From assembly GCA_043228905.1 (NCBI GenBank), contig JBHGNT010000003.1:9238001-9302000 (forward strand): a stretch of DNA of 64,000 nt, given 5' to 3'. The notes under the pieces are model-generated. The model did not search any database, was not told where the DNA came from, and was given only the letters and a program-made list of their open reading frames with translations. Source of the stretch: Azolla caroliniana (taxonomy: Eukaryota; Plantae; Polypodiophyta). Below are positions 51,201 through 64,000 of this stretch, one piece after another; position 1 is the first letter of the stretch, and every line of letters begins with the position of its first letter. The translations under genes were made by a program, and so were the position numbers.

Positions 51201-53914
51201 TGAGCAAGGACGCAAAACCAGTGGCAGAAAGACAGTACCGGATGAATCCCAATTATGCCGCCAAAGTGAAGGAGGAAATCGACAAACTGCTAAGAGTTGG
51301 CTTTATCCGTCCGGTAAAGAAAGCGACATGGCTGAGCCCAATCGTAGTCGTACCGAAGAAGAACGGAAAAATTCGAGTTTGTGTGGACTACCAGAAACTC
51401 AATGCGGCTACGGTAACAGATACGTTTCCACTTCCGTTCACAGATGGAGTGTTGGATGTCGTCGCCAGCCATGAGGTCTATAGCTTCCTAGACGGATTCA
51501 GCGGGTATAATCAGATCCGGATGCACCTCGACGACCAAGAGAAAACGGCTTTCGTCACAGAATGGGGGGTGTTTGTGGCCGTGGTGATGATGTTCGGACT
51601 CAAAACGGCACCGGCAACATTTCAACGAATCATCATGGAAATCTTTGGTGAATATATCCCGGCTTTTATGCAGGTTTTCCTTGACGATTTCGCCGTCTAT
51701 AGCCGGGAGGAGGACCATTTTCAGCACCTCCGTCTTTGTCTAGAAAAGTGTAGAGCGTACCGGCTAAGCTTGAATCCGGAAAAGTGTGTATTTGGCGTGT
51801 CCAGTGGAACCTTATTAGGACATATTGTGAGCCCGGAAGGTATTGCAGTCGACCCGGACAAAGTGAAAGCCGTATTAGAAGCACCGGCGCCGGCAACGGC
51901 AAAGGCATTGAGCCGGTTCTTAGGCCAGATCCGGTGGCACAGCCGGATGCTCCGATACTTGACCGACCTAGCTACACCGTTGCATGCCGCCGTACATCGG
52001 ACACCATTCTAGTGGACCGACACTGAGGATAGGGCGTATAGGGCCCTCAAGGTACTGTTGTCGCAAGCACCAGTAGTGCAGCCTCCGGATTGGAGTAAAG
52101 AATTTCATGTATTCATGGACGCCTTCGACATCACAATCGGAAGCGTATTAATGCAGCTCACGGAGCCAAAGTGGTACCGGCCAGTGTACTATGCCAGCCG
52201 AAAGCTATCCCAAGCGGAACGGAACTACTCTACCACGGAACGGGATGCTCTAGGGATGATCTACAATGTGACAAAGTTTCGGCATTATTTATTGGGAAGG
52301 AAGTTTTCCTTCCATGTAGATCATTCGACACTCCTTTACCTGGTGTCCAAAGCCTCACTCACCGGTAAGTTGGCCCGGTGGACCTTACTGTTACAGGAAT
52401 TCGAGTTCAAAATATTCCACCGACCCGGGATACAGCATGCCGTAGCGGATTACTTAAGCCGAGTAGAGTCCGGAGAGATGGGTGATGGAGTAGCGGACGA
52501 GTTTCCAGATGCAGAGCTGTTTCGAGTCACTACGGAAACAACAACAGTTGAGACGGTGGCACAGGAAGACAAGTGGCTCACACACATGCACCAGTTTCTG
52601 AGCACAGGACTGCCTCCGGAAGAGATGAACCAGGACGAAAGGAAACGCCTGGCAGTGCAAAGCCGACATTTCTGCTTACTGCAAGACACACTTTACCAAA
52701 AGGGCGCGGACAGCATATGGAGACGGGCTGTGTGTAGCGATGAAAAGGACCTCATACTGAGGGAAGCCCACTGCGGAATTGCCGGAGGTCACTATGCCGG
52801 AGATGCGATGACCAGGAAAATATGGCAAAGTGGCCTATGGTGGCCAACGACATTAAGAGATGTTGTACGATACGCAAAAGAATGCGACCTATGCCAGCGA
52901 ATGGGCCAGCCAACGGAGCAGGCTCGGATGCCACACCAGCCTGTACTACCACTTGAACCATTCCAGAAGTGGGGGGTGGACTTTGTTGGACTGTTCAAAC
53001 CACCAGCAATGAGAACAGGTAATTGGTACGTCATCGTCGCGACGGATTACTGCACGAAATGGGTGGAGGCCAAAGCCTTAAGAGACAACACCGTTGCGTC
53101 AACGGCAAAATTTCTATACGAGTACATCTGGTGCCGTTATAGATGCCCAATCGAATTAATAAGCGACCAAGGGGGGCACTTTCTCGGCCAAGTAGTTGAA
53201 AGCCTGACGACATTCTATGCCGTTGTCCATAAATGGAGCACACCCTACTATCCGCAAGCAAACGGGTTAGCTGAATCTACGAACAAAACGCTCTAGAATA
53301 TCCTCCGGAAGATCGTCAACGAAAACCGAACGGATTGGGATACCAAGCTACATAGCACGCTTTGGGCATACCAGACGGCATATAAAACGAGCATCCGAAC
53401 AACACCGTTCCGGTTAGCGTTCGGACTAGAGGCGGTAATGTCGGTGGAATTCCAAGTACCCAGCTTACGGTTAACAGCGCTGTGTGAACTCGAGGAACAA
53501 TGACTGGCAAGCATCCTGCACTTAGAATTGGAAAAACGGCGACGGAAAGCATTTGTCGACCGGCACAGGAAAGGAAATGAAAAAATGTTAGTATTTCAGA
53601 CACGGATGGGCAAGATGCCGGGTAAACTACGGTTTAGATGGACCGGTCCGTATTGGCTTACACGAGTGTATAATGGGTCCTACCAGTTAGGGACACTTGC
53701 CGGCGAAGTGCTAGGCAAATGGGTCAACGGATTCCGATTGAAGCCATATAGAGGACCGATGCCTAAGAACCCATTTGAGCAAAGGATCGACACCTGTGAG
53801 GGGAACGGCAACCACCAAAACGGAGGAGACGGCAAGCTGGTAACAGGGGAGAATGAGGCGACGGCAAACCGTAATGAGGCCGGTAAGGGTCCGGTAGGAC
53901 CAATAGACAACTAA
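48237..53914 (+). pseudogene. gag-pol of C'
   Basis: Homologous to the 1952-aa ORF; several premature TAG/TGA stops and deletions. Confidence 0.93.
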
Positions 53915-54289
53915 CCTCACACCATGTTAAAATGTATTATAAAAAAAAAAAACGAAGTAATCATGCAAAAGCGAGGTATGAATGGACGAGAGAGCGAGGA
54001 GCGAAAAGGTACGTAGTGGGCATTTAAGCGCCACCACAGGACATAATGCTATTTTAGTACACGACATGCACACACTTGAAAAAGGCGCCAGAATGCGTAG
54101 AGAAAAACCATTGCACGTGGAAACCCTCTATTTTCGCGAACCCAGGAGCACGGAAGCACCAAGGCGCTGCAAGATCATCAAACGAGAACCTACACACAGA
54201 GAACCCCCGCCTTCTGAACTCTCTCTCTCTCTCACTCTCACTCTCATCACCAGCCAACCTCGCCACCACAAGCCGACCTCGACACAGAC

Positions 54290-57059
54290 ATGGACCCACA
54301 AACGCTGTCGGAAGCCGCTAAGACATGGCTAAAGCAACACGGGCTCGAGGGCTTCTTGATGATTATGGAGGTACCACCACACAAAGAAGCCGATAAGGTG
54401 ATCAAAGAAATCGACACAGAGGTCATAACGGCGGAGGCGATTCGAGCGTTAACAGGCCTTCCGGAGGGAGGCATACTCACGATTGACAATCCGACCTCGG
54501 AGCAACTCATCAAGTATTTTGGTGAGTACTCCCTAGCCAGCAAGGGCTACTGGACACAGGGCGGCAGAGATATGCTGTTCCGCGAGATTGCTAGTAAGCT
54601 CCACGAATACGACCATGTGTACCCTAGACCCCCTGTCATGCCGCAGAACCGGGCAGGGATGATCATCGCCACCTATGAAGGGATCAAGGTGGATTGGCCG
54701 GTATTGATCGCAGACGGTTTGTGTGCGGCGATCAAGATCGTTAGAGGCAAAGACGGCAAAGAAGGCCGAGACGGACGGAGGATATGGCACGCCGTAACGC
54801 AGTGGCTCACCTTGCTTGTGCCACCCGTCCAGCCCAAGAAGCGGGGAAGAGTGGCGGATGGAACCCCAAAGACAGCTTCCAAAAGACAACAGGTGTTGGC
54901 CTCTAAGGCCACTAAGGGGAAGGCAGCGGGCGCAAAACAGGCGGGAAAGGAGAGCGCCAGCCGGAAGCGGCCAACAGAGGCGCAGGAGGAACCACCGGTA
55001 CGGCCCATAAAGGTTACAGTCCGCCGACCGGTGAATAGAGAAGCGGACCCCTTGGCGGCAAAACTCAATGTCGGGACTCAGGAAGAGGAAGTAGAGGAGG
55101 AGCCTACGGAGCACCTCCAGCGACGGTCGTCGGCAAGGACCGTTGAGGCTGCCAGGAAACGTTCGGACCCTCAAACGGAGGGAACACCGGCTCCCCATAC
55201 TGAGACTCCCACACCAAGGGAGGAACCGGAACCGGTGCGCACGACACCGGAATCAGAAGCCCCTGCACCACCGGCAACGCCGACAAGTCCCATCCCGCTA
55301 GAGCCGGAAAGGTCAATGCAGCCCCCCTCGGCCAACCAAGAAGAAGCGCAAGGGGAACCAAGACAGCAGGGTGGTCCACGAGCTGAAACGGAATTGCAAC
55401 TCGGCGCAATCAGGCGGGACCACCCATCTACAAGCGAGCCCATCTGTCAAACCTCCGTGCAAGCACAACAATGCACCGGTAGCATATGGCTCCGGTGGAT
55501 AGGCGAACAGATTGTCAGAGCAGTGGGGTATATTGAAGCGGAAGAAAGAGCGCAAAGCGAACGGTTGCTCGTCACAACCGAACAACTAGAGACGGCCCGG
55601 TCCAGAATCCGGTGCTTTGAAAAAGACTTGGATCAGGTCACGATAGAGATGGCCAAAATGGCCTTAACGGCAACATAGATCCAATGACTGGTGACTCCGG
55701 TAAGTGTATAGAATAAAGAAACAGATCGACCTGTACATACCAATAAGACCCCGGCAACGGAAACCGTTCCGGCGAGAGATGCGGCGCAAGCCTAGGATCT
55801 TGCGGAATTGAGAGATGAACTTGCCGCACAAGAAGCGCTAAGGAGCCGTGAACGGGAATTGAAGACAACGGCTGAAGCCGAATTAAAGAAGAATGTTGAG
55901 AACCTCCGCCGGGCAGAGGAGAGCCTCCGGAAAGGCCATCAAGCGTACGACCGGTTAAGGGAGGAAAAAGACAAAGTGCTGCAGGAAAAGGACAAGCTAC
56001 GGAAGACGGCGGAAACGGAAATTGAACAATTAAAGGAAGAGCTCCGCCAGCAGAAGGACCGCGAGGACCGGGCCCATCGACAGATCAACGCACGACTCAA
56101 GCAAAAGACAGATGATTTTGAGCACCAGCACCGGGACTACAAACGGCTGGAAACGGAGCATAAGGAACGGATGGCCGAGCTCCAACAGGAAGTTGATCGG
56201 GCCGCGACGGCGATCCCCCGACGAACGTGCGGAAAATACAAGACGGTTGGACGAGGCAGAGAAGGTCTGGATGGAGCTCCAGAGGCAGCAGCAGGAAGAA
56301 AAGGAGAGAGCGTCAACGGTATTGCAGAAATTACAAAGCACATATCAAAGGCAATTGACACATTACAAAGAGCAGGCGGAAGACAACGTCAAAATCATCA
56401 AGCAACTGAAGGAGGAACGGCAAGCGGCGGAAATCAAATCGCCATTGGGAACGCCCCGGATTCAGTGCATCTTTCGGGCATGGCTGAATCAGACAAAACA
56501 CTTGATTAACGAAAGCTCCGTAACATGGTGGACAAAGTGGGCACAAAATGTGGCGGAACTCCAATTGCTACGGGCAGACGTGGCAAACCGGCGGAAGGAA
56601 GGAGATGATTGTTATACGTTGACTTCCGAGGACTTCACCGCCATACGGGACGAGCTGGCCGACGACTTCCAAGTCCTGGCGGATGAACAGCTGGCGTAGG
56701 TCCGGCAACTTGTAGCTCAGCTAGACGATGATAGGCTGGACGCTCAAATCCAGTTTGAAAGCTACGAGCGGTCCCGGGTTCGGGAAGAAAAAGCACGGGA
56801 AGTGGCAACGGTTAACCTTAGTGATGAGGAACCGTCGCCGGCCGAGGGCCAGCCCCGAACCAGTCAACCGGAGACCACTACGATGGAGGGAGCAACGACG
56901 GAGATGCCGGTGTTAGAGCAACAAACGGAGGAGCAGCCGCAGTAGCCATCAACAGAGTAGCAACAACAACAACAACAACCACAACAACAACAACCAATTC
57001 CAGATGAACCATTGGAGACTCTCGAACAAAGCATTCTGGATATTTTGGACGAAGAATAG
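54290..57059 (+). pseudogene. ORF2 of C'
   Basis: MDPQTLSEAAKTWL..., coiled coil and WWTKW..DDCY.LTSEDF C-domain conserved with C ORF2; stops and frameshift. Confidence 0.88.
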
Positions 57060-57069
57060 CAAGGGTTGG

Positions 57070-57113
57070 TTGTGGATTCGACGTACAAGGTACTGTCCCA
57101 CGGGCGTGCCATG
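57070..57113 (+). promoter_or_regulatory. tRNA-Arg(UCU) 3'-end-like motif at the PPT position (element C')
   Basis: TTGTGGATTCGA-13 nt-GTCCCACGGGCGTGCCA-TG|LTR; no purine run. Confidence 0.72.
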
Positions 57114-60100
57114 TGTTACCGGCCGGCAAAGGAGTCCAGAGTGTGAAATGGGGAGTTATTTAACTAGTAGGAATGGTTGTAAGTAAGCTATGAGTGTGGA
57201 CGGACGGACCGGAATCGGTATGCCGTTCCGGATCCGGACAGATCATGCTAAGTAACCTAATTAAGTCGAATTAATCGTTGAGTCTAATCCTGTTGCCGTA
57301 ACACCCCTTTGGTGAAGTGTCTTCCGTAGACACCCTGTGTTAGGCCATTGTCCGACCCTAAGAGTTAACATGAAGTTCATAGTTAATTCCGGCGGCATCA
57401 AACTTGCATGAGTGGAAAGCCACAGGATGTAGCTTTTCATCATCGCCTTGTTGTGAAAGAATGCTACCGAAGTCGAAATCCGACGAGTCTGCCTCAATGA
57501 TGAAATGTTTTTCCGGATCAACATGAGCTAGAATAGGAGTTGATGTGAATGCCTTCTTAAGACTCTCAAAAGCCATGTCCTCTTATTTAGACCAAACAAA
57601 TGACTGCCCCTTCTTGGTAAGCTATGTGACAGGCAGAATAAGTTTTGAGTAATCCTATATAAACTAGCGGTAAAAATTCACAAAGCCTAAAAAGCATTCC
57701 ACATATTGCAATGAATGTGGAGTCTGCCACTCTATCACAGTTTTGACCTTAGTTGGATCCATAGAGTGCCTTCTGAGGAGATGACATAGCCTAGAAATTC
57801 CACCTGGTTGCATTCGAAACTACATTTTTCTAGTTTTGCATAAAGACCATGTTCTCGAAGCCATTTTAGTACTAACAGTACATGAGAATCATGCTCTTCT
57901 TGGGTCTTCGAATAAACGAGTAGATTATCCAAATAGATGATCAAACAAACATCCAAGAGATCTCGAAATATATTTTTTGCTATGTGCTAGAAGACTGTTG
58001 GTGCATTAGTGAGACCGAATGGCATGACCGTATACTCGAAGTGCCCATATCTGGTGCGAAACGTGGTCTTCCATTCTTCTCCTAGTCGTATCCGTACGAG
58101 CTTATATGCTCCTCGTAAGTCGATCTTTGTGAAGAACCTTGCACCATTGATCTGTTCTAAAAGACTTGAGATAAGAGGGAGTGCATACCTATTCCTTATA
58201 GTGACCTTATTCAAGCCATTGTAATCTACGACGAGACGAAGTGATCTATCCTTTTTCTTGACAAAGAAAATGGGTGCGCTGGCTAGAGATTTTGAATGTC
58301 GAAGGACTTCTAGCTCGGTTGGTGAGAAGTTGTAGATCGGGCCCCATGGTGGCTCTTTTCCCGGTTGTAAATCAATGGGGCAATCATATGGTCGGTGGTG
58401 AGGAAGCGTATTGGCTTGTACCTTATCGAACACATCGGCATAATGACGATACTTCTTTGGAAGTTGAAATGTGGAAGTTGTGAACCTCCCTCTTTAGTGG
58501 TCTCGGAAGGTTTTATTGATACTGCGAAGACAAACATTGCTTCCTTGCGTCCTTCCTCACGCAATTGACGTAGCGAAATGGTTGCAATCCTATGAGTAGA
58601 TCCCCGGATTTCTCTTGTTATCCAATCTATGTCTGGGTTATGTAATTTGAATCATGGTAACCCCAAGAAAATTGGATGGTCTGGACTACTAATTATATTA
58701 AATGATACTACACACACCAAGTTATCTAGGACAACCTGAATCGGCTTTGACTCTTCTACGATTTTTCTGGAAGCAATGGGACGACCACCAATAACTACTA
58801 TAGATGTTGGGCAAGAAAGTTTTCTTTGGGATATCTAATGAGCTTGGGCAAAATTCCTATCCATAAACCAAGAGTTGGCGCCGGAATCTAAGAGTGCTAA
58901 GACATGTACTGGAGGAAATGGAACCACTACTTGAGCTACGAACACATTGCTAACTTGCTTAGAGGAAATGGAGCCACTAATGGGCTGCACAAATCTAGGG
59001 CTGTCCAACTAAACGGCTCCTATTTTGGTTGGGCTTAATCGTTTAACTCTTCTTCTAGATGACTAAGGATTTCCAATTTTTTTGAAAGGCTTGGGCTATT
59101 AGTATTATTAGGACTATTCGATATTTCTACTGAAATAGACTCAGGTTTAGTACAATTAGAACTAGCGACTATTTGGTTTACCTATCTTCTTGGCCTATGG
59201 GGACAGTTCACCGCAATATGCCCTGGTCCATCGCAATAGAGACATAGTCGATTTGCTCGACGTCGATGCTTTTCCTCTTCCAATAATGGTTCGCGATGAC
59301 GTGTGGTGTCGATTTCCATCAGAGTTGGAGTATTTGCTGGAGACACATTATATGGCTCCCCTGGAAAAGGTTTCGCTACAACAGAGGCATAGGTGCACTC
59401 TGATCTTGTCCTTGGCATCTGGATCTGACGTTCCGAACGTCGTTCGAAAAGGCGGTTATTGCATCCCACCACGCAGTTGATTGCTTTTGTCAATGACTTT
59501 GTCTCTTCGGGGAAAGTTAACAGTAAATCCTTGACATCAGTACGTAGGTCAAAACGAAATTGTGTCATTAATGCCTGGTCATCCCAAGGAATATCGGTGG
59601 CAAGAATACAGAAATCCGTAGCATAAGCCGAGGTTGGCCGCTCACCGTGGCGCAATCTTCAAATTTTGTTGATTGTCGTCCTAACACTGTCGGTGTCTCC
59701 AAAACAGGCTTTAAACTCGCTAATAAACTCTTCAAAATTATTTAACAAGGGAGAGTTTTTTTCTAACAGGGGGGCGAACCATGCCAAAGCCGTGCCACTA
59801 AGTAGCGTGCCTACTAGTCCCACTCGTGATGCATCGGTGGGATATCGAGAAGGATGCATTTGAATCACTAAGCGTACCTGATTAAGAAAACCTTTGAGCT
59901 GTGATCGGGTCCCATCAAATTTCATAGGATGTCCGATCTTGGCTTCTTTGTGAGTCCCTTGAGATCTTGATCCTTGTTGTTGTAGTGATACAATAGTCGC
60001 TTCAAGTTGTTGTACACATAACGTCAACTCCCCGTGTTGTTGTTGTTTTTCTAAAGCTATTTGTTGAAGATCCCCCAATAGACAGTGATTTTCTTGTTCT

Positions 60101-60340
60101 ACTGCTACAAACTTCTCTTTTAAGCACTGAAGCTCCGAGAAAACAGATTGGTATTCCTGAGCGCTAACAATTGCCATTTTACTAGGGAGGATAAGAGGAT
60201 TAGTCTGAAAGGAAGGAGGGGTAAGAGGATGAAAAATCGGTTCAAACTGTAAGGAACAATACTAAGATAGAGAGGGAATTAGTACTAAAAGATGTGAATT
60301 AGTACTAAGAGAGAGAGAAGGGTGTAGAACTCACGAGAGA

Positions 60341-60381
<41 letters not shown>

Positions 60382-62974
60382 GAGAGAGAGAGAGAGAGAG
60401 CGAATGATGATAACAAAAGATATATTATATTATATGAAGAGTAAGTACAAGAATAGCTATGAGGCTTAAGACTAGCGTTCAGCCGATTCGGTTCAAAATA
60501 ATGCCTTGTACCTCCTTTTATAGTGTTTTCAGGAGTACTCTTGAAGTTTCTAGAATGTTCTAGAGAAATTTGGAAATATGCATCAATTTTCTATAGTGAG
60601 ATAATAAATTAAAATAATATACTTTGTATTACAATATATAGTCTAATGGCAAGGGCTCGACCCATGTAACATAAGGTCATGGGTTCGAATCTTGCCATAT
60701 CATGACAACGCATCACTATGCGTACATGACGAAGGTGGCCAACCATTGTGCACCTTCAGTGCGATCACCTGACCCCACATTAGCTATCCGGTCAGAGCGA
60801 TCAGTCAATTCATGAAGAGGCCAACCATGGTGCACCTTTAGTGCGTGCGCACCGGCTACTGAAGTATGTTAGCGGCACTAAGGATCGAGGATTGTTATAC
60901 CGACACGGTATAACCGAAAAACTAGTTGGATATACGGATGCCGACTGGGCCGGTGATGCATCGCATCGTAGGGCCACTTCCGGTTACATGTTCTGTCTAG
61001 GTAGTGTGGAGCGGTTGTTGCGTGAAGCAACAAAAAGCAGCCGACAGTGGCTTTGTCGAGCAATGAGGCTGAATAACGGGGTAGTATCATTGCCATCTGG
61101 CTTTGACGGCTGCTACAAGACCTCCATATCGAAGTACCGACTCTAATAATGCAGCTAGCCAAGAACCCCGTGTTCCATGCTCGAACAAAGCACATAGAAG
61201 TGCACTATCACTTTGTGCGCGAGTGGGTCCTGAGCGATGAAGTCGAACTCCGGTATGTCCGAATGGATCGGTAGGTTGCCGTCATCTTCACCAAGGCCCC
61301 TTGGAACCGACCAGTTGCAGCATTTTTCGGAGATGCTTGGTCTCCAGCATCTCGACATGCTGCACTTCAGGGGGGGAACCAATAATGATACGGGGAGAAC
61401 AGGAACTGGAATAGAAACCGGGAAAGAAGGACATAGCTGATCGGAAGGAGAAGGCCACGATTTGGACATGGTCTGATGTTGTGAAGGGTCTGAATGTTGA
61501 AGAAAAATTGGAGACAACCAATTCGGACAAGAGCTAGAACGAATCGGAAACACTTAATTTGGAAGAGGAGTTCGATTCGGAGAAGCTGAATCCACTTAAG
61601 GCCAAACAGACGAGAAGACAACTGAAGTCGACATCGACATAGAGGAACTGAAGGGTTCAGAAGCACCGAAGTCGCAATAACAAAGGAGCTAAGATGGGCT
61701 TTTTGTGCAAACAAGCTAACTGAGAAGGTCGAGAGGTGCGGAACCGGAAGGATCGTGGAAAGCGGAACAGGACGGGTCTAGGAGCGTGAGCAAGGTGGGA
61801 AGACACCAGGAGGAGCCAGAGGAAAGGACCAGTAATACCTTGATTTGTTGTAAAGGATATGCGTTTGGTCTCGTATGCGTAAGAGGTCAATACCTCAATT
61901 GCGTATTACGATGATCTCTTATTTGTGGATGTTTCGTGTGCGTAGAGGTATATACCTCGATTACGTATCTCGATCACATCATTTGTGGCTATTTAAAATA
62001 ACGATATGTTTAATATAGGCATATGTGGTCACGTATATACGTATTTGATCATATATATGTGATAAGTAAACATATGTGTATATTCATTATTACGTGATTA
62101 TATCGAAAGTTGACCTTGTCGGGAAAAGGATGTTGGTGGCCGTCGTCACATTTTTGTGAGAATGGCGTTGTCACCATCCCTTTTTCAACAATTTTTTATT
62201 GTTGACAACCCCGTTGATGACCTCGATTTCGTTACGTAAAGAAACGCCTATAGCCATAATGATGTTGAGTACGTAGGGCTTGACCCACTTCAAGTGAGGT
62301 CGCTCCAATGACACACGTATCCAACATCCCTCCCTCATTACATGGATACGATGCCACCATGAGCTCGTTCTTACGAGAGGCATTCGTAATGACGTGACCA
62401 CGTGATGGCCCACGTGAGCCTACTACGAAACGAGGGCTCATTTGGCTTGACCATTAGGTTGCACTTTGGCGTATGCTATCGTAATTACGAGACTTGAGGT
62501 TAGGTAACGTACCAACATAGTTTTGGTAAATGAGGGCGAAATAAGGACCCTTGACATATATGTTCTTTTTAAAAAAAAACATATATGATCAAATTCCTCG
62601 CATATCTCTTATACGTATCAAATATTAAGCATTCGAGAAGAGAAACTTACTTGGTTGGCTCAAGTGTTTAATGTATTTGTTCTTGAGGTCTCGAGTTCAA
62701 ATATGACCAAGACTATACAACATCCTTGATACATATGACTATAACACATGTTTAGGCTTAAGGTCTAAGTGCACCTCGGGGTCCTTGTAATAGGACTTAA
62801 AGAGCCGAAACCACACATGTGGGCAAAGAAACATAGTTTATTGTTAACATTTTTTTCGTGTATAAACTACTCATGACGCGAACATACATGGTTGAGCCTT
62901 AGGGAGCCGCCATGAAAAAATCGATATAGAGATCAGGGAATGACATTAAATTGTCACCCCCATAAACACCTTTG

Positions 62975-64000
62975 TGTTACCAAAGTAACCTGATCTTGAA
63001 CCTCATCTCATACGTCTAGAGGGGTATTTACGTGAGATCATGATATCGATTAATGTTTGCCCATGATATGTTTACATCACAACATGATGTTATGACTATC
63101 TCTCTGACCTTATCCTATTTCTTTTCCAGAAATAATCTTTAATGGCTCAAATTAACGACCCGATGTCATCCGCTCAAGCGGAAGGAACTCAAGGGAATCC
63201 TCTTGGACAAATGTCCACTGAGATGTATTTGGCACAAATAACCCAATGCCTTAGTTTCACCGCTCAACAGATGACCGAACTTCGGCAATCTCAGAGTGCT
63301 CTTGAGGCACGTGTCATTAGTCTACAATGTGAGACTAATAGACCTGATGAGAGACAAGGTGAACCATCATTTGTCATTAAGCCGTTTACGGGAGACAAAA
63401 AGGAAAGAACCGAAGAAGCAATCTGCACATGGCTGGGACGATGGGAGTCTCATTTTGAGCTCTATCCCACGCCAGATAGTACGAAGATTGCATATGTCGG
63501 CCGAGAACTCGGGGGTAAGGCCACCGCATGGTGGCGTGGGCTCCGTACTTTGGGGACATTGCCCGATACCTGGACAGATTTTGTCACGGTTTTTAAGGGC
63601 CAATTTCTGCAACCTCCCTCTCGAACCGAGGCAGCACAAGCTTTAATGAACCTCTCTAGCAGGAAATTTTCCTCGCTAGAAGACTATGTTCACCATGCTA
63701 GAACCCAAATCCAAAAATCGGGTCTAGAAGGGGACAATTGATTTATAGCTTGTTTTGTCAATGGCATCCCCAATTCGGACTATCACTGGATAGTGCACGA
63801 TAAGGATCCAAAATCCTTCGAAGAGGCCGTTGAAATAGTTCTTCGCTATCAACGCACTTCGAAGAAGGACCACAACAAAACCAACGAAGCACCCGGGACT
63901 AAGCAGTCGCAATTTGTTTGGAAACGCAAGACACCCAACGAATTCATGGATCGCGATTGTAAGCGACAACATCCTTTTTGCGTATTCTGCAAAAAGAAGG
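62975..64000 (+). mobile_element. 5' part of gypsy family G element: LTR-like start and gag (63142 onward)
   Basis: Retrotransposon gag PFTGD...W..RWE.HF...GKATAWW, TGA at 63739 replacing Trp, zinc knuckle beginning at window end; homologous to 11985-13012. LTR limits uncertain. Confidence 0.75.

Larger units (their letters stand above)
47755..57370 (+). mobile_element. Ty3/gypsy element C' (diverged relative of C), decayed
   Basis: LTRs 47755-48183 / 57114-57370 (3' LTR with ~180-bp internal deletion); perfect 5-bp TSD TGAAG; colinear with C. Confidence 0.95.
44789..60707 (-). mobile_element. Tcn1-like chromovirus E, complete, degenerate, split by solo LTR and gypsy C'
   Basis: LTRs 44789-45252 / 60248-60707 with (GA)n; PPT AAAGGGGGGATAA; gag 59182-60177, RT 57735-58433, IN/chromodomain 45300-46736; flanks GCACA/ACGCA consistent with a decayed GCGCA TSD. 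Confidence 0.92.
13015..61400 (+). mobile_element. Ty1/copia element A, split by nested insertions (pieces 13015-14894, 22317-22599, 43663-44788, 60708-~61400)
   Basis: LTR and PBS, gag, protease WYVDTGASNHMT, integrase and RNase H (GYTDADWAGD) read on across each insertion junction. Most of RT is deleted and no 3' LTR was found. Confidence 0.85.

Overview
The window is almost entirely nested transposable-element DNA from a non-seed land plant, probably a fern or other spore plant. That assignment is an inference from the Tcn1-type chromoviruses, tRNA-Trp-primed Ty3/gypsy elements and plastid fragments. No host nuclear gene is supported. One old Ty1/copia element (13015 to ~61400) has been expanded to ~48 kb by a tRNA-Trp gypsy (14895-22316), a second copia (22602-43662) and a Tcn1-like chromovirus (44789-60707). 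These in turn hold two copies of a ~9.6-9.9 kb non-chromovirus gypsy with an extra 3' ORF (25835-35688, nearly intact; 47755-57370, decayed), another chromovirus, solo LTRs, a 190-bp fold-back element and a four-piece plastid mosaic. The most striking observation is that both copies of the large gypsy lack a polypurine tract. In its place, 2 nt before the 3' LTR, they carry a sense copy of a tRNA-Arg(UCU) 3' end, suggesting plus-strand priming by a second tRNA or a tRNA mimic. Other oddities: a 44-bp target duplication, an integrase-signature palindrome (TG..CA, 5-bp TSD), antisense tRNA-like Pol III boxes in LTRs of several families, and CpG-centred 4-bp target sites. All comparisons were made by eye; tRNA and plastid identities are from recalled sequences and need database confirmation.
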